Assembly (NCBI GenBank): GCA_963822945.1
Contig: CAWGJO010000001.1
Location: forward strand, 1 to 64,000
DNA: 64,000 nucleotides
Direction: 5' to 3'
From: an uncultured Gemmatimonadaceae bacterium
GTDB taxonomy: Bacteria > Gemmatimonadota > Gemmatimonadetes > Gemmatimonadales > Gemmatimonadaceae
Positions 50,439 to 64,000 of the stretch are shown in pieces; the first letter of the stretch is position 1; the number at the start of each line of letters is the position of its first letter. A program made the translations under genes and the position numbers. The notes under the pieces are model-generated. The model did not search any database and had not been told where the DNA came from. It was given only the letters and a program-made list of their open reading frames with translations.

Positions 50439-51683
50439 TCAGTACCGCGTCTCCAGCCCCTGGATCACCCGCACCGTGTCGCGGGCGATGAGCAGTTCCT
50501 CGTCGGTCGGGATGACCCAGACGTCGACGCGGGAATCGGGGGCACTCACCTTGGTCTCGGTGCCGCCGACGGTTGCCGCGTTCGCCGCGGGATCGAGCAC
50601 CACGCCCAGCCAACTCAGCCCGTCGCAGATGCGGGCGCGCACCTCGGCGGCGTGCTCGCCGATGCCGCCGCCGAACACGATCGCGTCGGCGCCGTTCAGC
50701 GCGGCGAGGTACGCCCCGATGTACTTGCGCGCGCGATAGCAGAACAGGTCGATCGCCAGCTTGGCCCGGCGGTCGTCGTGCTCGCGGGCTTCGGCGAGCA
50801 GCTCGCGCATGTCGTTGGTGAGGCCCGAGACCCCGAGCAGTCCGGACTGTTTGTTCAGCAGTCCCTCCACCTCGGCGAGCGAGAGGCCCTCCTTGCCGGC
50901 CACGTAGTCGAGAATCGCCGGATCGAGATCGCCGGAGCGCGTGCCCATGACGAGGCCTTCGAGAGGCGTGAATCCCATCGACGTGTCCACCGACTCGCCT
51001 GCGTCGATGGCGCAGATGGAGCAGCCGTTGCCGAGGTGCAGCGCGATGATCTTGGTCTGTTCGCGCGTGCGGCCCGTGAGTTGCCGGTACCGCCACCCGA
51101 GGTACCGGTACGACGTGCCGTGGAATCCGTAGCGGCGCACCCGGTGGCGGCGATAGAGCTGGTAGGGGATGGCGTAGAGGTGCGCCCGCTCCGGCAATGT
51201 CTGATGAAAGGCCGTGTCGAACACGGCCACCTGCGGAATGCCGGTCCCGAGCACGGCCCGCGCGCCGACGATGCCCTTGAGGTTGTTCGGGTTGTGCAGC
51301 GGCGCGAGATCGATGGTGTCTTCGATGGCGCGCATCACCTCGTCGTCGATGCGGACGGAGGCCCGGAAGTGCTCGCCCCCATGCGCCACCCGGTGTCCCA
51401 CGGCCTCGATGGACGCCACGGCATCGATGTCGACGCCGGAGTCCGGCCCGGCCATCCAGTTGATGGCGAAGTCGAGCACGGCGCGGTGATCGCGGGCGGC
51501 CACGGTGCCACGCACGGGGGGACGTCCCGCGACCATGAACGAGTACACCGCCTCGCCGCCGATGCGCTCGACGGTGCCACGCATGAGCTTCTCGTCGCGG
51601 TTCTCCTGCATGCGTTCCTGATCCGTGCGGACCAACTCGAACTTGAGCGTTGAGGATCCGGAATTGAGGACGAGGACGTTCAT
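50439..51683 (-). CDS. ackA: Acetate kinase
   Basis: [54 protein letters not shown]. Confidence 0.96.
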   Translation of the reverse strand: MNVLVLNSGSSTLKFELVRTDQERMQENRDEKLMRGTVERIGGEAVYSFMVAGRPPVRGTVAARDHRAVLDFAINWMAGPDSGVDIDAVASIEAVGHRVAHGGEHFRASVRIDDEVMRAIEDTIDLAPLHNPNNLKGIVGARAVLGTGIPQVAVFDTAFHQTLPERAHLYAIPYQLYRRHRVRRYGFHGTSYRYLGWRYRQLTGRTREQTKIIALHLGNGCSICAIDAGESVDTSMGFTPLEGLVMGTRSGDLDPAILDYVAGKEGLSLAEVEGLLNKQSGLLGVSGLTNDMRELLAEAREHDDRRAKLAIDLFCYRARKYIGAYLAALNGADAIVFGGGIGEHAAEVRARICDGLSWLGVVLDPAANAATVGGTETKVSAPDSRVDVWVIPTDEELLIARDTVRVIQGLETRY

Positions 51684-52000
51684 TGGAAACACTCCACTGG
51701 GCACGTGGGAGCCACGCGCCGCGCAGTTCTCGGGTCGTCGCGTCGGGTGGGCATCCGGAAAGTTCGCGACGGGTCGCGACTGTCGCGGCCGGCGGGCGTC
51801 AGGATCGCAGGGTTGAACATGATGATTCAGGATCGGGCCGGAAACTGCCGGATGACTGCTCGGGGGCGCGGGGCGAGATCCGCTCGCCACGGCCAATGTC
51901 GGCCCGCCTTCACGCCGCAAAGAAGGATCGGCTGGTTTCCGCGACGATCCGGATCATCGTGTTCCACCCTCGCCGTTCTTGATGCCGGCCCGCGCGGCAT

Positions 52001-53140
52001 CTAGACGATCAGCCCGATCGCCGCGGCCGCCGCGCGGGCGCTGGCGAGCGCCTCGTCGGGCGTGGATCCGGTAGCCGACAGGTGTCCCATCTTGCGGCCG
52101 GGGCGTGCCGACGTCTTGCCGTAGAGGTGCAGGCGGACGCCTGGGAGCTCGAGGGCCGGGGTGAAATCGGGCATCAGGCCGGCCTGCCAGAGATCGCCGA
52201 ACAGGTTCACGATCGCCGCCGGCTCCACGATGTCCACGTCACCGAGGGGCAGATCGCAGATGGCGCGCACGAACTGTTCGAACTGACTCGTGCGGCAGGC
52301 GCGCTCACTCTCGTGGTAGGAGTTGTGCGGGCGGGGCGCCAGCTCGTTCACGAACAGATTGCCATCCGAGGTGCAGAACATCTCGACGCCGATCAATCCT
52401 TCGAGCGACATCGCGTGGGCGATGCCCACGGCCACCTCGCCGGCGCGTGCCGACACCGCGCTCGGCAGGGGCGCCGGCAGCACCGACCACGAGAGCACCT
52501 GGTTGGTGTGGTGGTTGAGCGCCGGTGGGTAGGCGACCGTCTGCCCCGAGGGGCGGCGCGCCACCATCACCGAGATCTCCCGTTCCAACTCGAGCGCCTG
52601 CTCGGCCACCGCGTGCCGCTCGCCGAGCGCGCGCCAGGCGTCGCCGCACGCGTCCACCGATTCGACCCGGACCTGACTGCGCCCGTCGTACCCGCCGTGG
52701 CAGGACTTCACGAAGCACGGCCCGAATTCGCGCACCGCGGCTTCCATATCGGCCGGCGACTGCACGTCGCGATAGGGACCGACGGGGAATCCGTGGCGAC
52801 GGAGCCAGGCCTTCTGGCGGCCGCGGTGCTGCACGTCGGCGATGATGGCGGGCGCGGGGCGCACCGGGGCGAACCGCTGCGCGGCCTCCAGGCCGGCTGG
52901 GGCGATCTGCTCGATCTCCAATGTCACGACGTCGCAGTGACGCGCCAGTTCCGCCGCGGCGTCGGCGTCGTCGAACGGCGCGGTGATGAGCCGGTCGACC
53001 ACGGCGTGGGCAGGGCAGTCGGCGGCCGGATCGAGGGCGTGGACGGCGTAGCCCATGGTCCGCGCGGCCTGCGCGGTCATGCGGCCCAGCTGCCCACCGC
53101 CGAGGATGCCGATGGTGGATCCGGGTGGGATGACGGTCAT
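52001..53140 (-). CDS. purK: N5-carboxyaminoimidazole ribonucleotide synthase
   Basis: [35 protein letters not shown]. Confidence 0.95.
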   Translation of the reverse strand: MTVIPPGSTIGILGGGQLGRMTAQAARTMGYAVHALDPAADCPAHAVVDRLITAPFDDADAAAELARHCDVVTLEIEQIAPAGLEAAQRFAPVRPAPAIIADVQHRGRQKAWLRRHGFPVGPYRDVQSPADMEAAVREFGPCFVKSCHGGYDGRSQVRVESVDACGDAWRALGERHAVAEQALELEREISVMVARRPSGQTVAYPPALNHHTNQVLSWSVLPAPLPSAVSARAGEVAVGIAHAMSLEGLIGVEMFCTSDGNLFVNELAPRPHNSYHESERACRTSQFEQFVRAICDLPLGDVDIVEPAAIVNLFGDLWQAGLMPDFTPALELPGVRLHLYGKTSARPGRKMGHLSATGSTPDEALASARAAAAAIGLIV

Positions 53141-53679
53141 TTTGCCAGGTGCGGGCTCAGATCGGTTTCGAGGAGCACGTCGGCGGCGCGCCGCTCGCGC
53201 CACGCACGCAGGCGGTCGCGCACCTCGGGGTGGCGGCCGGCCACGATGGCCGCGGCGAGCAGGGCGGCGTTCACCGCGCCGGGCTCGCCGATGGCGAGCG
53301 TGCCCACCGGAATGCCCTTGGGCATCTGCACGATGGAGAGCAGCGCGTCGAGGCCGTTCAGCGTGGTGGCGGGAATGGGCACGCCGAGCACCGGGAGCAG
53401 CGTCTTGGCGGCGACCATGCCGGGCAGGTGGGCGGCGCCACCGGCGGCGGCGATGATCACTTCCAGTCCTCGCGACTCCGCGTTGGCGGCGTAGTCGAAC
53501 ATCCAGTCGGGGGTGCGATGCGCCGAGACCACGCGGACCTCGTGCGGCACCTCGAGCGCGGCGAGTGTTTCGGCGGCCGCCCGCATGTGGGTGAGGTCGG
53601 ACTTGCTCCCCATGATGATGCCGACCCAGGGTGCCGGGGCGCCGGGAGCGGGGGAACGGGAGGTGCGCGCAGTCGGCAT
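53137..53679 (-). CDS. purE: N5-CAIR mutase
   Basis: [36 protein letters not shown]. Confidence 0.96.
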   Translation of the reverse strand: MPTARTSRSPAPGAPAPWVGIIMGSKSDLTHMRAAAETLAALEVPHEVRVVSAHRTPDWMFDYAANAESRGLEVIIAAAGGAAHLPGMVAAKTLLPVLGVPIPATTLNGLDALLSIVQMPKGIPVGTLAIGEPGAVNAALLAAAIVAGRHPEVRDRLRAWRERRAADVLLETDLSPHLAK

Positions 53680-53866
53680 GAGGACAAACCCGCGAGAGAA
53701 GGGAACGAGGCGGTGCGCGCGGTAATATAGGCCGCCATCCGGCGATGCTCTACCGCGCTGCGGGCCTTTCGGCTGCGACAGCGTGGGTCTATAGTACCGA
53801 CCGGATCGATGGCGGGAGCGACGGCTCCCGTCGTTTCGCCCGACGTTCCGTCGCGAGGCCCGGTCA

Positions 53867-54421
53867 TTGACGCGAACCACCGACAAGGACACGCCGCCCC
53901 GGCTGGCGAATCCGTCCACGCGGAGCACGAATCTGCCCGCGACGGACGAGGCCTCCAGCGAACTCGACCGGCTGATGGTGCTGGCCGAGGTGATGGACTA
54001 CGTCATCAAGGTCTCGAAGCCGACGCCGCTGGTGCTGCCGCGCCCGCGCGTGTGGATTCCGCTGCTGACCTTCTTCTTCTTCTTCTTCACGATCTACTCG
54101 TACTCCGCCCGCCCCGCGTGGATCTGGGGGCCCCAGGTGGATCCCGACCAGGTGGCCGCGACGCACGACGCCGACATGCGATTCGCGATGTTTCTGCTGG
54201 CCGAGCGGATCTTCGAATACCGGCGAGACAATGGGACGGTACCGGCAACCCTGGCCGACCTCGGCGAGAAACTCGACAGTGTGAAGTACGTGCCGCTCAC
54301 CGACACCTCGTTCAGTCTGCGCTACGAGGCGCGGCGTCCGATCATCTACTACTCCACGGAGTCGATGACCGCGTTCCTCCGCAACGCCGTGGACGTGGTG
54401 ACGAGCGGGACGCGCCGATGA
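53867..54421 (+). CDS. Hypothetical single-TM protein, coupled to a pilin-like gene
   Basis: One TM segment ([15 protein letters not shown]); stop overlaps the next ATG; start uncertain. Confidence 0.6.
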   Translation: MTRTTDKDTPPRLANPSTRSTNLPATDEASSELDRLMVLAEVMDYVIKVSKPTPLVLPRPRVWIPLLTFFFFFFTIYSYSARPAWIWGPQVDPDQVAATHDADMRFAMFLLAERIFEYRRDNGTVPATLADLGEKLDSVKYVPLTDTSFSLRYEARRPIIYYSTESMTAFLRNAVDVVTSGTRR

Positions 54422-54879
54422 TCCGTCGGCGAGCCGGGTTCACCTTCGTGGAGATTCTCACGGCGATGACGATCGTCGCCATTCTGGCCGGCATCGTGGT
54501 CCCGAAGGCGGGCGACTTCATCAAGCGGGCGAAGGCGTCGGCGATCGGTGCGAACATCGGCGTCATTCATGACGCCCTGTCCACCTATTACGTCGACAGC
54601 CTGGACTACCCGCCATCGGCGGCGATGGGGCTGGTGCCGCCTGGGCTCCGGCCGCACCTTCCGCTCAACTTCCCGTTCGTCACGACCGACTATCAGCTCG
54701 AGTACAATCGATGGAAGCTGACGACGGCGATCGGCGGGTATGCCGCCGGGCAGACCGTCGTCGGGATCACCGTCCGCACGGGCGACGCGCGCCTCGGGGA
54801 ACTGCTGACCGGCCAACTGAGCCTCGATCCCCACTTCCAGGTGGGCGACGAGTACACGTTCATCATCGACGGGCGCTAG
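54418..54879 (+). CDS. Prepilin-type N-terminal cleavage/methylation domain protein (type IV pilin/pseudopilin)
   Basis: [29 protein letters not shown] class III signal peptide. Confidence 0.88.
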   Translation: MIRRRAGFTFVEILTAMTIVAILAGIVVPKAGDFIKRAKASAIGANIGVIHDALSTYYVDSLDYPPSAAMGLVPPGLRPHLPLNFPFVTTDYQLEYNRWKLTTAIGGYAAGQTVVGITVRTGDARLGELLTGQLSLDPHFQVGDEYTFIIDGR

Positions 54880-54911
54880 TGCACCCGGCACCGGCCGTGT
54901 TGCCGGACACG

Positions 54912-54941
54912 AAAAAGGGGCCGCTCCGATGAGCGGCCCCT
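54912..54941 (-). terminator. Rho-independent terminator (for tRNA-Asn, possibly bidirectional)
   Basis: 11-bp stem aggggccgctc / gagcggcccct with an A5 tract on the left (U-tract on the minus strand). Confidence 0.8.
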
Positions 54942-54955
54942 CGAGTTTTCGCGAG

Positions 54956-55029
54956 CTCCCCAGGTAGGACTTGAACCTACGACCCTCCGATTAACAGTCG
55001 GATGCTCTGACCAACTGAGCTACTGGGGA
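54956..55029 (-). tRNA. tRNA-Asn(GUU), CCA not encoded
   Basis: Reverse complement TCCCCAGTAGCTCAGTTGGTCAGAGCATCCGACTGTTAATCGGAGGGTCGTAGGTTCAAGTCCTACCTGGGGAG. Confidence 0.96.
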
Positions 55030-55080
55030 ATGGTCGTTGAAAAGTATCCGGCGGGGCGGTGAAGTCAACGGAAACGGACG

Positions 55081-57939
<2,859 letters not shown>

Positions 57940-58021
57940 ACGGCGGGAAATCTACTCCCATCGGGAGCCGGAAGACCGTCCGCGTTGACCCCGAATGGGC
58001 GCGTCAACTAGGATTCCTCCC

Positions 58022-59902
58022 ATGACCGACGCCGCCGCGTACCACGAAGAAGAGGTTCTGGGCAAGGCGTACGACGGGCGGCTGATGCGACGTCTGCTGC
58101 GCTACGTGCGCCCGTACGGCTGGCTCGTGGGCATCTCGCTCGTGCTCCTCATGCTCGACGGGCTGCTGCAGCTGGTGGGGCCGGTGCTGACCCAGCGCGT
58201 GATCGACGTGGCACTGCCCAACCACGACCTGGCCATGGCCACCCATGCCGCGGTGCTGTTCGCGGCGTCGCTGGCGGTGGCGTTCGTGGCGCAGTTCGGC
58301 GAAACGATGCTCACCAGCCTGCTCGGGCAGCGGGTGATGCGCGACCTGCGCAGCGACCTGTTCGCGCATCTGCAGCGGCTGCCGATCCGGTTCTTCGACC
58401 GCACGCCCGTGGGGCGGCTGGTCACCCGCACCACCGCCGACGTCGAATCGTTGAACGAACTGTTCACGGCCGGGGTCGTGGCGGGGTTGGGCGATCTGTT
58501 CACGCTGCTGACGATCGGCGTCTGGATGCTCGTGACCGACTGGAAGCTCGCGTTCGCCGCGTTCGGCGTGATTCCCTTCATCTATCTCAGTTCGCACTTC
58601 TTCCGGCGCGCCGTCCGCACCTCGTACCGCGACATCCGCACTCGGCTGGCACGCATCAACGCCTTCCTGCAGGAACGCATCACCGGCATGCGCATCCTGC
58701 AGCTGTTCGGGATGCAGCAGGCCGAAGCGGAGAAGTTCGACCATCTGAACGAGCGGCACCTCGACGCGCACCTGCGCTCGATCGTGTACTACGCCATCTA
58801 CTTCCCGACCATCGAAGTGCTGACCAGCGTCGCGCTGGCCAGCCTGATCGTGGCCAGCGCGCACCGGGTGGCCGGGGGCACGCTGCTCGTGGGGACGGTG
58901 GCGATGTTCCTGCAGCTCGTGCGGCGCTTCTTCCAGCCGCTGCAGGACCTGTCGGACAAGTTCAACACGCTGCAGCAGGCCATGGCGGCGTCGGAGCGGA
59001 TCTTCAACCTGCTGGACGAGCCGGTGGCCGACGTGGGCGGGGCGGCGGTCCCGGCGACCGCGGCCGGCGATCCCGCGGTGGCCGCCCTGGCCGGGGCGCG
59101 CGGCGTCACGATCGCGTTCGACGACGTCTGGTTCTCGTACGACGCGCCCGGGACGCCCGAGGATCAACTGCGCTGGGTGCTGAAAGGGGTGAGCTTCGAG
59201 GCGCGTCCGGGGCAGACCGTGGCGCTGGTGGGACATACCGGCGCGGGCAAGACGACGATCGTGAATCTGTTGCTCCGGTTCTACGATCCGCAGCGCGGAC
59301 GGATCACGGTGAACGGCGTGGACACGCGCCGCATTCCCGCCGACGTGCTCCGCGGACTCATCGGGTACGTCCAGCAGGACATCTTCCTCTTTGCCGGGGA
59401 CGTGGCGGGGAATATCCGGCTGTCGGCCCCGCTCACGGATGTGGAGGTGCAGCAGGCCGCGGTTCGGGTGGGTGCCGATCGGATCATCCGCCGGTTCCCG
59501 GATGGGTACGCCCATCCACTGGGCGAGCGCGGCGGGTCGGTGAGCGTGGGCGAACGACAGTTGCTGTCGTTCGCGCGGGCCATTGCTGCCGATCCGGCGG
59601 TGCTGGTACTCGACGAAGCCACGAGCGCGGTGGACAGCGAGATCGAGGCCGACATCCAGCGGGCGCTCGCCGAATTGATGGCGGGGCGGACCACGATCGC
59701 CATTGCGCACCGGTTGAGCACGATCGTCGAAGCCGACGAGATTCTGGTGCTGCATCACGGCGAGGTGGTGGAACGCGGCACACATCGCGCCCTGATGGCG
59801 CGCGGCGGGTTGTACGACCGATTGTATCGCCTTCAGGCGGGGGGCGGGGACGCCGCGCGCAACCCCTCCAAGCGCTTGCCAGCTTCGGGGGTCTTGGGGT
59901 AG
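58022..59902 (+). CDS. ABC transporter ATP-binding/permease (MdlB/MsbA-like)
   Basis: 6 TM segments + GHTGAGKT, VSVGERQ, LDEATS, IAHRLST. Confidence 0.93.
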   Translation: MTDAAAYHEEEVLGKAYDGRLMRRLLRYVRPYGWLVGISLVLLMLDGLLQLVGPVLTQRVIDVALPNHDLAMATHAAVLFAASLAVAFVAQFGETMLTSLLGQRVMRDLRSDLFAHLQRLPIRFFDRTPVGRLVTRTTADVESLNELFTAGVVAGLGDLFTLLTIGVWMLVTDWKLAFAAFGVIPFIYLSSHFFRRAVRTSYRDIRTRLARINAFLQERITGMRILQLFGMQQAEAEKFDHLNERHLDAHLRSIVYYAIYFPTIEVLTSVALASLIVASAHRVAGGTLLVGTVAMFLQLVRRFFQPLQDLSDKFNTLQQAMAASERIFNLLDEPVADVGGAAVPATAAGDPAVAALAGARGVTIAFDDVWFSYDAPGTPEDQLRWVLKGVSFEARPGQTVALVGHTGAGKTTIVNLLLRFYDPQRGRITVNGVDTRRIPADVLRGLIGYVQQDIFLFAGDVAGNIRLSAPLTDVEVQQAAVRVGADRIIRRFPDGYAHPLGERGGSVSVGERQLLSFARAIAADPAVLVLDEATSAVDSEIEADIQRALAELMAGRTTIAIAHRLSTIVEADEILVLHHGEVVERGTHRALMARGGLYDRLYRLQAGGGDAARNPSKRLPASGVLG

Positions 59903-59986
59903 GTTTTGCCCCATGCCGAATGCAACGCGGCGCGTCTTCCCGGTGCGCCGCGTTCCGTCCTTTGTCGACCGTCGCGCCGAGCGCTC

Positions 59987-61261
59987 ATGCCGGTCATCCA
60001 GCTACATGACGAACAGCATCCGCTGAAGCGGGGACAGACGCGGCTGGGCGGAGGCCCGGCGGCCGACGTTCGCGTGAGCGACGACCTGTCGCTGGGCGTG
60101 CAGGCGCTGCTGGAGGTCGGGGCCGACGACCGGGCGGTGCTCCGGCTGGTCGGGACGGGCGGCCACGTTCAGGTGAATGGGGTGCCGCTGGGCGCGGAGC
60201 CGACGCCGCTGATGCATGGCGACAAGCTGGTGATCGGGGGCGTGGAGCTTCTGTTCTCCGATGACGACAAGGGCGGCGCCACGCAGTACGTCGCGGCCTC
60301 CGAGATCGCCGCGATGGCCGCCAAGCGGTCGGGGCCGGCGCGGGCCACCACGGCTACCGGCGGCCGTCTGATATCGCTGGTCGACGGCAAGGAGTACGCG
60401 ATTCCCGATCCGGGCATCGTCATCGGCCGCGACGCGGCCAGCGACGTCGTCGTGGCGGAGAGCGAGGTGTCGCGCCACCATTGCCGGGTCGCGCCGGCCG
60501 AAGGCGGGTACGTGCTCACCGACGAGAGCACCAATGGGGTGCTGGTGAACGGCGAGCGGGTGGAGGGCACGCGGCTGCTGGCCCGTGCCGACGTGATTCG
60601 CGTGGGCACCGAGGAGTTCCGCTTCTACGCCGACGTGGCGCCGGTGGCGCCTGCAGCGTCGGCTCCCGCTCCGGCCGAGGCGGCCGCCGCGCCGCCGACC
60701 GATCGTCCCGCACCCGCGCATCTGTCCAAGGAGCCGCCGACGCTGCCCACGCAGCCGCGGCTCGCCGTTCCGGTGCCGCCGCCGGCCCCCGTGGAGCGCC
60801 CGGTGTTGGCCGAACTCGAACTGCTCAACGAAGGGCTCACCAAGGGGTTGCGCATCGAGATTCACGACGCGCTCGCGCACATCGGACGTGGCGAGCACAA
60901 CGACGTGGTGCTCGCCCATGACAGCGTGAGCGACTCGCACGCCAAGCTCCAGCGTCGCGACGACGGGTGGTACCTGGTGGACTCGGGCTCCACCAACGGC
61001 ACCTTCGTCGGCGGCGTGCGGCTCACCGGCGAGCGCCGGCTGGACGGATCGCCGGACCTGCGGTTCGGCGGCGTCAAGGCGCGGTTCCACGCGGCGGCCG
61101 GCGGCGTCGACGCCCGGCCCGGCACACGACAGATCTCGGCAATGGCTTCCCCGCGTCCGGTCCCGCAATCGCCAGCCGCACCGGCCGGCGTACCGCGATG
61201 GGTCTGGATCCTCCTTGCGCTCGTCGTGCTGGCTGGCGCCGTCTACTTCATGAAGGCGTAA
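59987..61261 (+). CDS. Multi-FHA domain protein with C-terminal TM anchor
   Basis: Degenerate FHA1; FHA2 IGRD...VSRHH...STNG; FHA3 IGRG...VSDSHA...STNG; Pro-rich linkers; C-terminal TM. Confidence 0.88.
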   Translation: MPVIQLHDEQHPLKRGQTRLGGGPAADVRVSDDLSLGVQALLEVGADDRAVLRLVGTGGHVQVNGVPLGAEPTPLMHGDKLVIGGVELLFSDDDKGGATQYVAASEIAAMAAKRSGPARATTATGGRLISLVDGKEYAIPDPGIVIGRDAASDVVVAESEVSRHHCRVAPAEGGYVLTDESTNGVLVNGERVEGTRLLARADVIRVGTEEFRFYADVAPVAPAASAPAPAEAAAAPPTDRPAPAHLSKEPPTLPTQPRLAVPVPPPAPVERPVLAELELLNEGLTKGLRIEIHDALAHIGRGEHNDVVLAHDSVSDSHAKLQRRDDGWYLVDSGSTNGTFVGGVRLTGERRLDGSPDLRFGGVKARFHAAAGGVDARPGTRQISAMASPRPVPQSPAAPAGVPRWVWILLALVVLAGAVYFMKA

Positions 61262-62055
61262 TGGTCAGGCTGCTGCACGCCGCGCGGACCGATGTGGGCA
61301 TGATCCGGTCAGGCAACGAAGACAACTTCGCCGTGGACATGAGCGATTCCCGCGGCGTGTTCATGGTGGCCGACGGCATGGGCGGCCACGCCGCCGGCGA
61401 GGTGGCCAGCGAGATGGCGGTGCAGATCGTCGTCCGCGAGCTGCAAGCCGTGCAGGATCTGGAGGCGCCCGATGCCGGCACGCGGGTGGGCGCCGCGCTC
61501 ACCCACGCCAACCGGTCCATCCACGATCGCACGATGACCGAGGTGGACAAGCAGGGCATGGGGACCACGGCATCGGTGCTGCTCGTTTCGGGCGCGCGGT
61601 ATCTGATCGGCCAGGTGGGCGACTCGCGCGTGTACCTGCTCCGGGACGGCGCCCTCGGCCAGTTGACCAAGGACCACTCGTACGTGCAGGAGCAGGTGGA
61701 TCTGGGCAACCTGACGCCCGAGCAGGCCCGCTACCATCCCTACAGCAACGTGATCACGCGGTGCGTGGGCGCGAGCCCCGAGGTGGAGCCCGATGTGTAC
61801 ACGGGCGAGGTCAAGGTCGGCGACATCTTCCTGGTGGCCAGCGACGGATTGACCGGGATGGTGGACGACCGGCGGTTGCAGCAGTTGCTGATGGCGCGCA
61901 CGGTTCCCGAGCGAAAGGTCGCGGCGCTGATCTCCGAAGCGAACGGGCGCGGCGGGTTGGACAACATCACGGCCATCGTGGTGCAGGTGGAGTCGGGCGA
62001 CGCATCCGGGGACGAGGGGCCCACCGAGGAGATGGACGCGGCCGGCGACCGATGA
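61261..62055 (+). CDS. Stp1/PrpC family PP2C Ser/Thr phosphatase
   Basis: TDVGMIRSGNED, VADGMGGHAAGEVAS, MGTT, VGDSR, TKDHS, SDG, GGLDNIT. Confidence 0.93.
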   Translation: MVRLLHAARTDVGMIRSGNEDNFAVDMSDSRGVFMVADGMGGHAAGEVASEMAVQIVVRELQAVQDLEAPDAGTRVGAALTHANRSIHDRTMTEVDKQGMGTTASVLLVSGARYLIGQVGDSRVYLLRDGALGQLTKDHSYVQEQVDLGNLTPEQARYHPYSNVITRCVGASPEVEPDVYTGEVKVGDIFLVASDGLTGMVDDRRLQQLLMARTVPERKVAALISEANGRGGLDNITAIVVQVESGDASGDEGPTEEMDAAGDR

Positions 62056-62228
62056 GCGAGTCGGACACGGTCGGATCGGTCGCCGAGTTGTACCTGGGCA
62101 ATCTGCTGTACGCCCTGGAGTTGGCCGCGATGAGCCTCGAGGAGCAGGGGAAGCCGGAGGACGCGGCGTTCTACCGCGGAATCGCGCGGAAGCTGGCGGA
62201 GGCGCGGGGGCGGGAGAAGGGGGAGTGA
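62052..62228 (+). CDS. Small hypothetical protein (58 aa)
   Basis: ATGA overlap with stp1; MSESDTVGSVAELYLGNLLYALELAA..., helical and protein-like. Confidence 0.6.
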   Translation: MSESDTVGSVAELYLGNLLYALELAAMSLEEQGKPEDAAFYRGIARKLAEARGREKGE

Positions 62229-62277
62229 AGGGCGGGGCACCGACGGCCAACGCCCCCCACTCCTGTACCTCACCTCC

Positions 62278-64000
62278 TCACGCGCCGAAATGCACCCGCA
62301 ACTGAATGGACCTCGGCCGCCCGAATGACGCGCCGCTGAAGAACGCCCCCTTCAGGATGTAGTGGCGGTCGAAGAGGTTGTCGACGTACAACTCGGGCCG
62401 CACCACGGTTTGGCCCACCACCAACGTGTAGCCGAGGCTGGCATTCGTGATGGCGCTGGGCGCGACCTTGATGCCGCGATTGAACGCGAACAGGCCGGTG
62501 CTGTACGAGCATCCGCAGTCGGCCGGGTCGAGGCCGTTGGTGAGTCCCGAGCCGTAGATCTCGGTGACGCTGGCGTAGAGCCGGTTTGCGGAATAGGTGG
62601 CGCTCGCGACGAGGGAGAGCCGCTGGTCGTGGTCCTCGTCGAAATAGCCCTGCGGCGTGGCCGCCGGAAAGAATCCGCCGGTAACGGGGCCATGCGCGTA
62701 GGCATGATTGAGCGCCGCGTTCACGTATCCCGAAAGCGGTCCCCGCGGGTGGAATTCCACGACGGTCTCGATGCCCGTCACGCGCGAGAGGGCCAGGTTC
62801 ACCGACGTCGTGATCGCCGATCCGGGCACGGTGTTGTCGTCGATGCCCGGGGTGCTCTCCTTGTGGTACACGGAGAGCTTGGTGATGATGCCGCCCACGG
62901 GAAGCCGCCGGATGAGACCGGCCTCGTAGAAGTTGTCGCGCTCGGGAAGCGTGGGCGCCGCGACGGTGTTGCCCTGGGCCACGCTCGTGATGGCGCGCAG
63001 ATCCTCGACGTTGGTCGGGGTGAACAGCCGGCCGTAGTAGAGGTAGATCGTCGTGGCCGGGCTGGGGAAGAAATTCAGGCGGAGCCGCGGACTCCACTGG
63101 GTCCGGGTGCCGGCGAAGGGCGCCCGGTGCGCGTCGTAGCGGATGCCGGTGCGGATCTCGAACTGCTCGATCGGCGAATAGACGGTCTGCGCATACATGC
63201 CGACGTCGCCGCCGCGCAGCCCGGAGTTCGAAACGGGCCCCGGGTTCCCGGCGGCATCGGCCGTCGAGAAGTCTTCGTGTCCGGTGGTGGCCAGCGCCTG
63301 AATGCCGGTCTTGAAGCTCAGGTTGCGGCGCGGGGAGATGGTGAGGTCTTCCTTCAGGCCCACCGTCCCGAAGCTGCGATTCTCGCGGACGTTGTACGGG
63401 ACCGTATCGGGATAGAAGAGGAACTGCGGGACGTCGCCGAGTCCCGGCTGATAGCGCAGACTCCCGGCGCGGTAGAACAGGCCGGTGAAGAGTTCCGAGG
63501 GGGCGCCGGCGTTCGGGTCCCCACCCGGGGACGAGAACAGGTGATGCCATCCGAGATTCGCGAACCCGTTGACGTCGGTCTGATGATCGTCGAGAAGGTT
63601 GCCGCCGGTGCTGTCGTACGGAACGGCGAAGCGCGTGCGCGACCAGTTCAGATCGAGGTCGACGACGTCGCGCGGCCCGCCCCGGTATTCGACCTTGCCG
63701 AAGCCGAACACGTCGACGCCGTGGTTGTGGAAGTTGATGGGCGCGTGGGTGACCGGGTTGCCCATGACGGGTTCCAGCCGCATGTCCGTGGTCTGATAGG
63801 CGCCCGACGCGAAGACGCCGAAGCGGCCGGCGTTGGTGCTCATGTCGAGACTGCCGCCATTGCTGTTGAATGAGCCGGAATACGCCGACGCGTCCATGTG
63901 AAAGCCGCCGGTCGGAATCTTCGTCGACACGTTGATGACCGCGGCGTTCTTGTCGCCGTACTCGGCGTCCCACCCGCCGGTCTGGAAGTCGATCTTGTTC
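62278..64000 (-). CDS. TonB-dependent receptor, C-terminal part (gene extends beyond the right edge)
   Basis: Plug end GGWDAEYGDKNAAVINV, beta-barrel strands, SPRL, DHDQR, NLFD, PRSIQLRVHF. Confidence 0.88.
   Translation of the reverse strand, partial: NKIDFQTGGWDAEYGDKNAAVINVSTKIPTGGFHMDASAYSGSFNSNGGSLDMSTNAGRFGVFASGAYQTTDMRLEPVMGNPVTHAPINFHNHGVDVFGFGKVEYRGGPRDVVDLDLNWSRTRFAVPYDSTGGNLLDDHQTDVNGFANLGWHHLFSSPGGDPNAGAPSELFTGLFYRAGSLRYQPGLGDVPQFLFYPDTVPYNVRENRSFGTVGLKEDLTISPRRNLSFKTGIQALATTGHEDFSTADAAGNPGPVSNSGLRGGDVGMYAQTVYSPIEQFEIRTGIRYDAHRAPFAGTRTQWSPRLRLNFFPSPATTIYLYYGRLFTPTNVEDLRAITSVAQGNTVAAPTLPERDNFYEAGLIRRLPVGGIITKLSVYHKESTPGIDDNTVPGSAITTSVNLALSRVTGIETVVEFHPRGPLSGYVNAALNHAYAHGPVTGGFFPAATPQGYFDEDHDQRLSLVASATYSANRLYASVTEIYGSGLTNGLDPADCGCSYSTGLFAFNRGIKVAPSAITNASLGYTLVVGQTVVRPELYVDNLFDRHYILKGAFFSGASFGRPRSIQLRVHFGA

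Noticed and set aside
53680..53866. Purine-related riboswitch upstream of purE
   Set aside because: Only -10-like boxes and one hairpin are present. No ZTP, guanine or PRPP aptamer consensus was recognised.

Overview
A high-GC (roughly 70% by eye) bacterial chromosomal segment, most consistent with Gemmatimonadota. That assignment is inferred from the SusC/SusD pair outside a CAZyme context, the TolB-like/TPR Ser/Thr kinase and the gene order. Most of it is housekeeping: udk, add, punA, pilD, lon, ffh-rpsP-rimM-trmD-rplS-rnhB, tRNA-Lys(UUU), tRNA-Asn(GUU), moaC, holB, uppS, ackA, purEK, uvrA and stp1. The standout accessory region (about 26.1-31.3 kb) is a lasso-peptide-type RiPP operon. It encodes an RRE/PqqD protein, a B2 transglutaminase-like leader peptidase, a 47-aa precursor missed by the ORF track (MYEKPKLERYGTLRELTL|LGFEHHWDGGHFGHHFFGGGWTDHESDRS), an HPr-kinase-like kinase, an ABC-2 exporter and a nucleotidyltransferase. 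It sits behind a sigma54-type promoter, but no lasso cyclase (AsnB-like) gene is present anywhere in the window. Other notable items are two membrane protein + wHTH cassettes sharing a TTTG-N5-CAAA palindrome, a multi-stem leader upstream of susC, a single-AAA-domain Clp protein, and a cluster of frameshifts (38.4-40.2 kb) that most likely reflects consensus sequencing errors.
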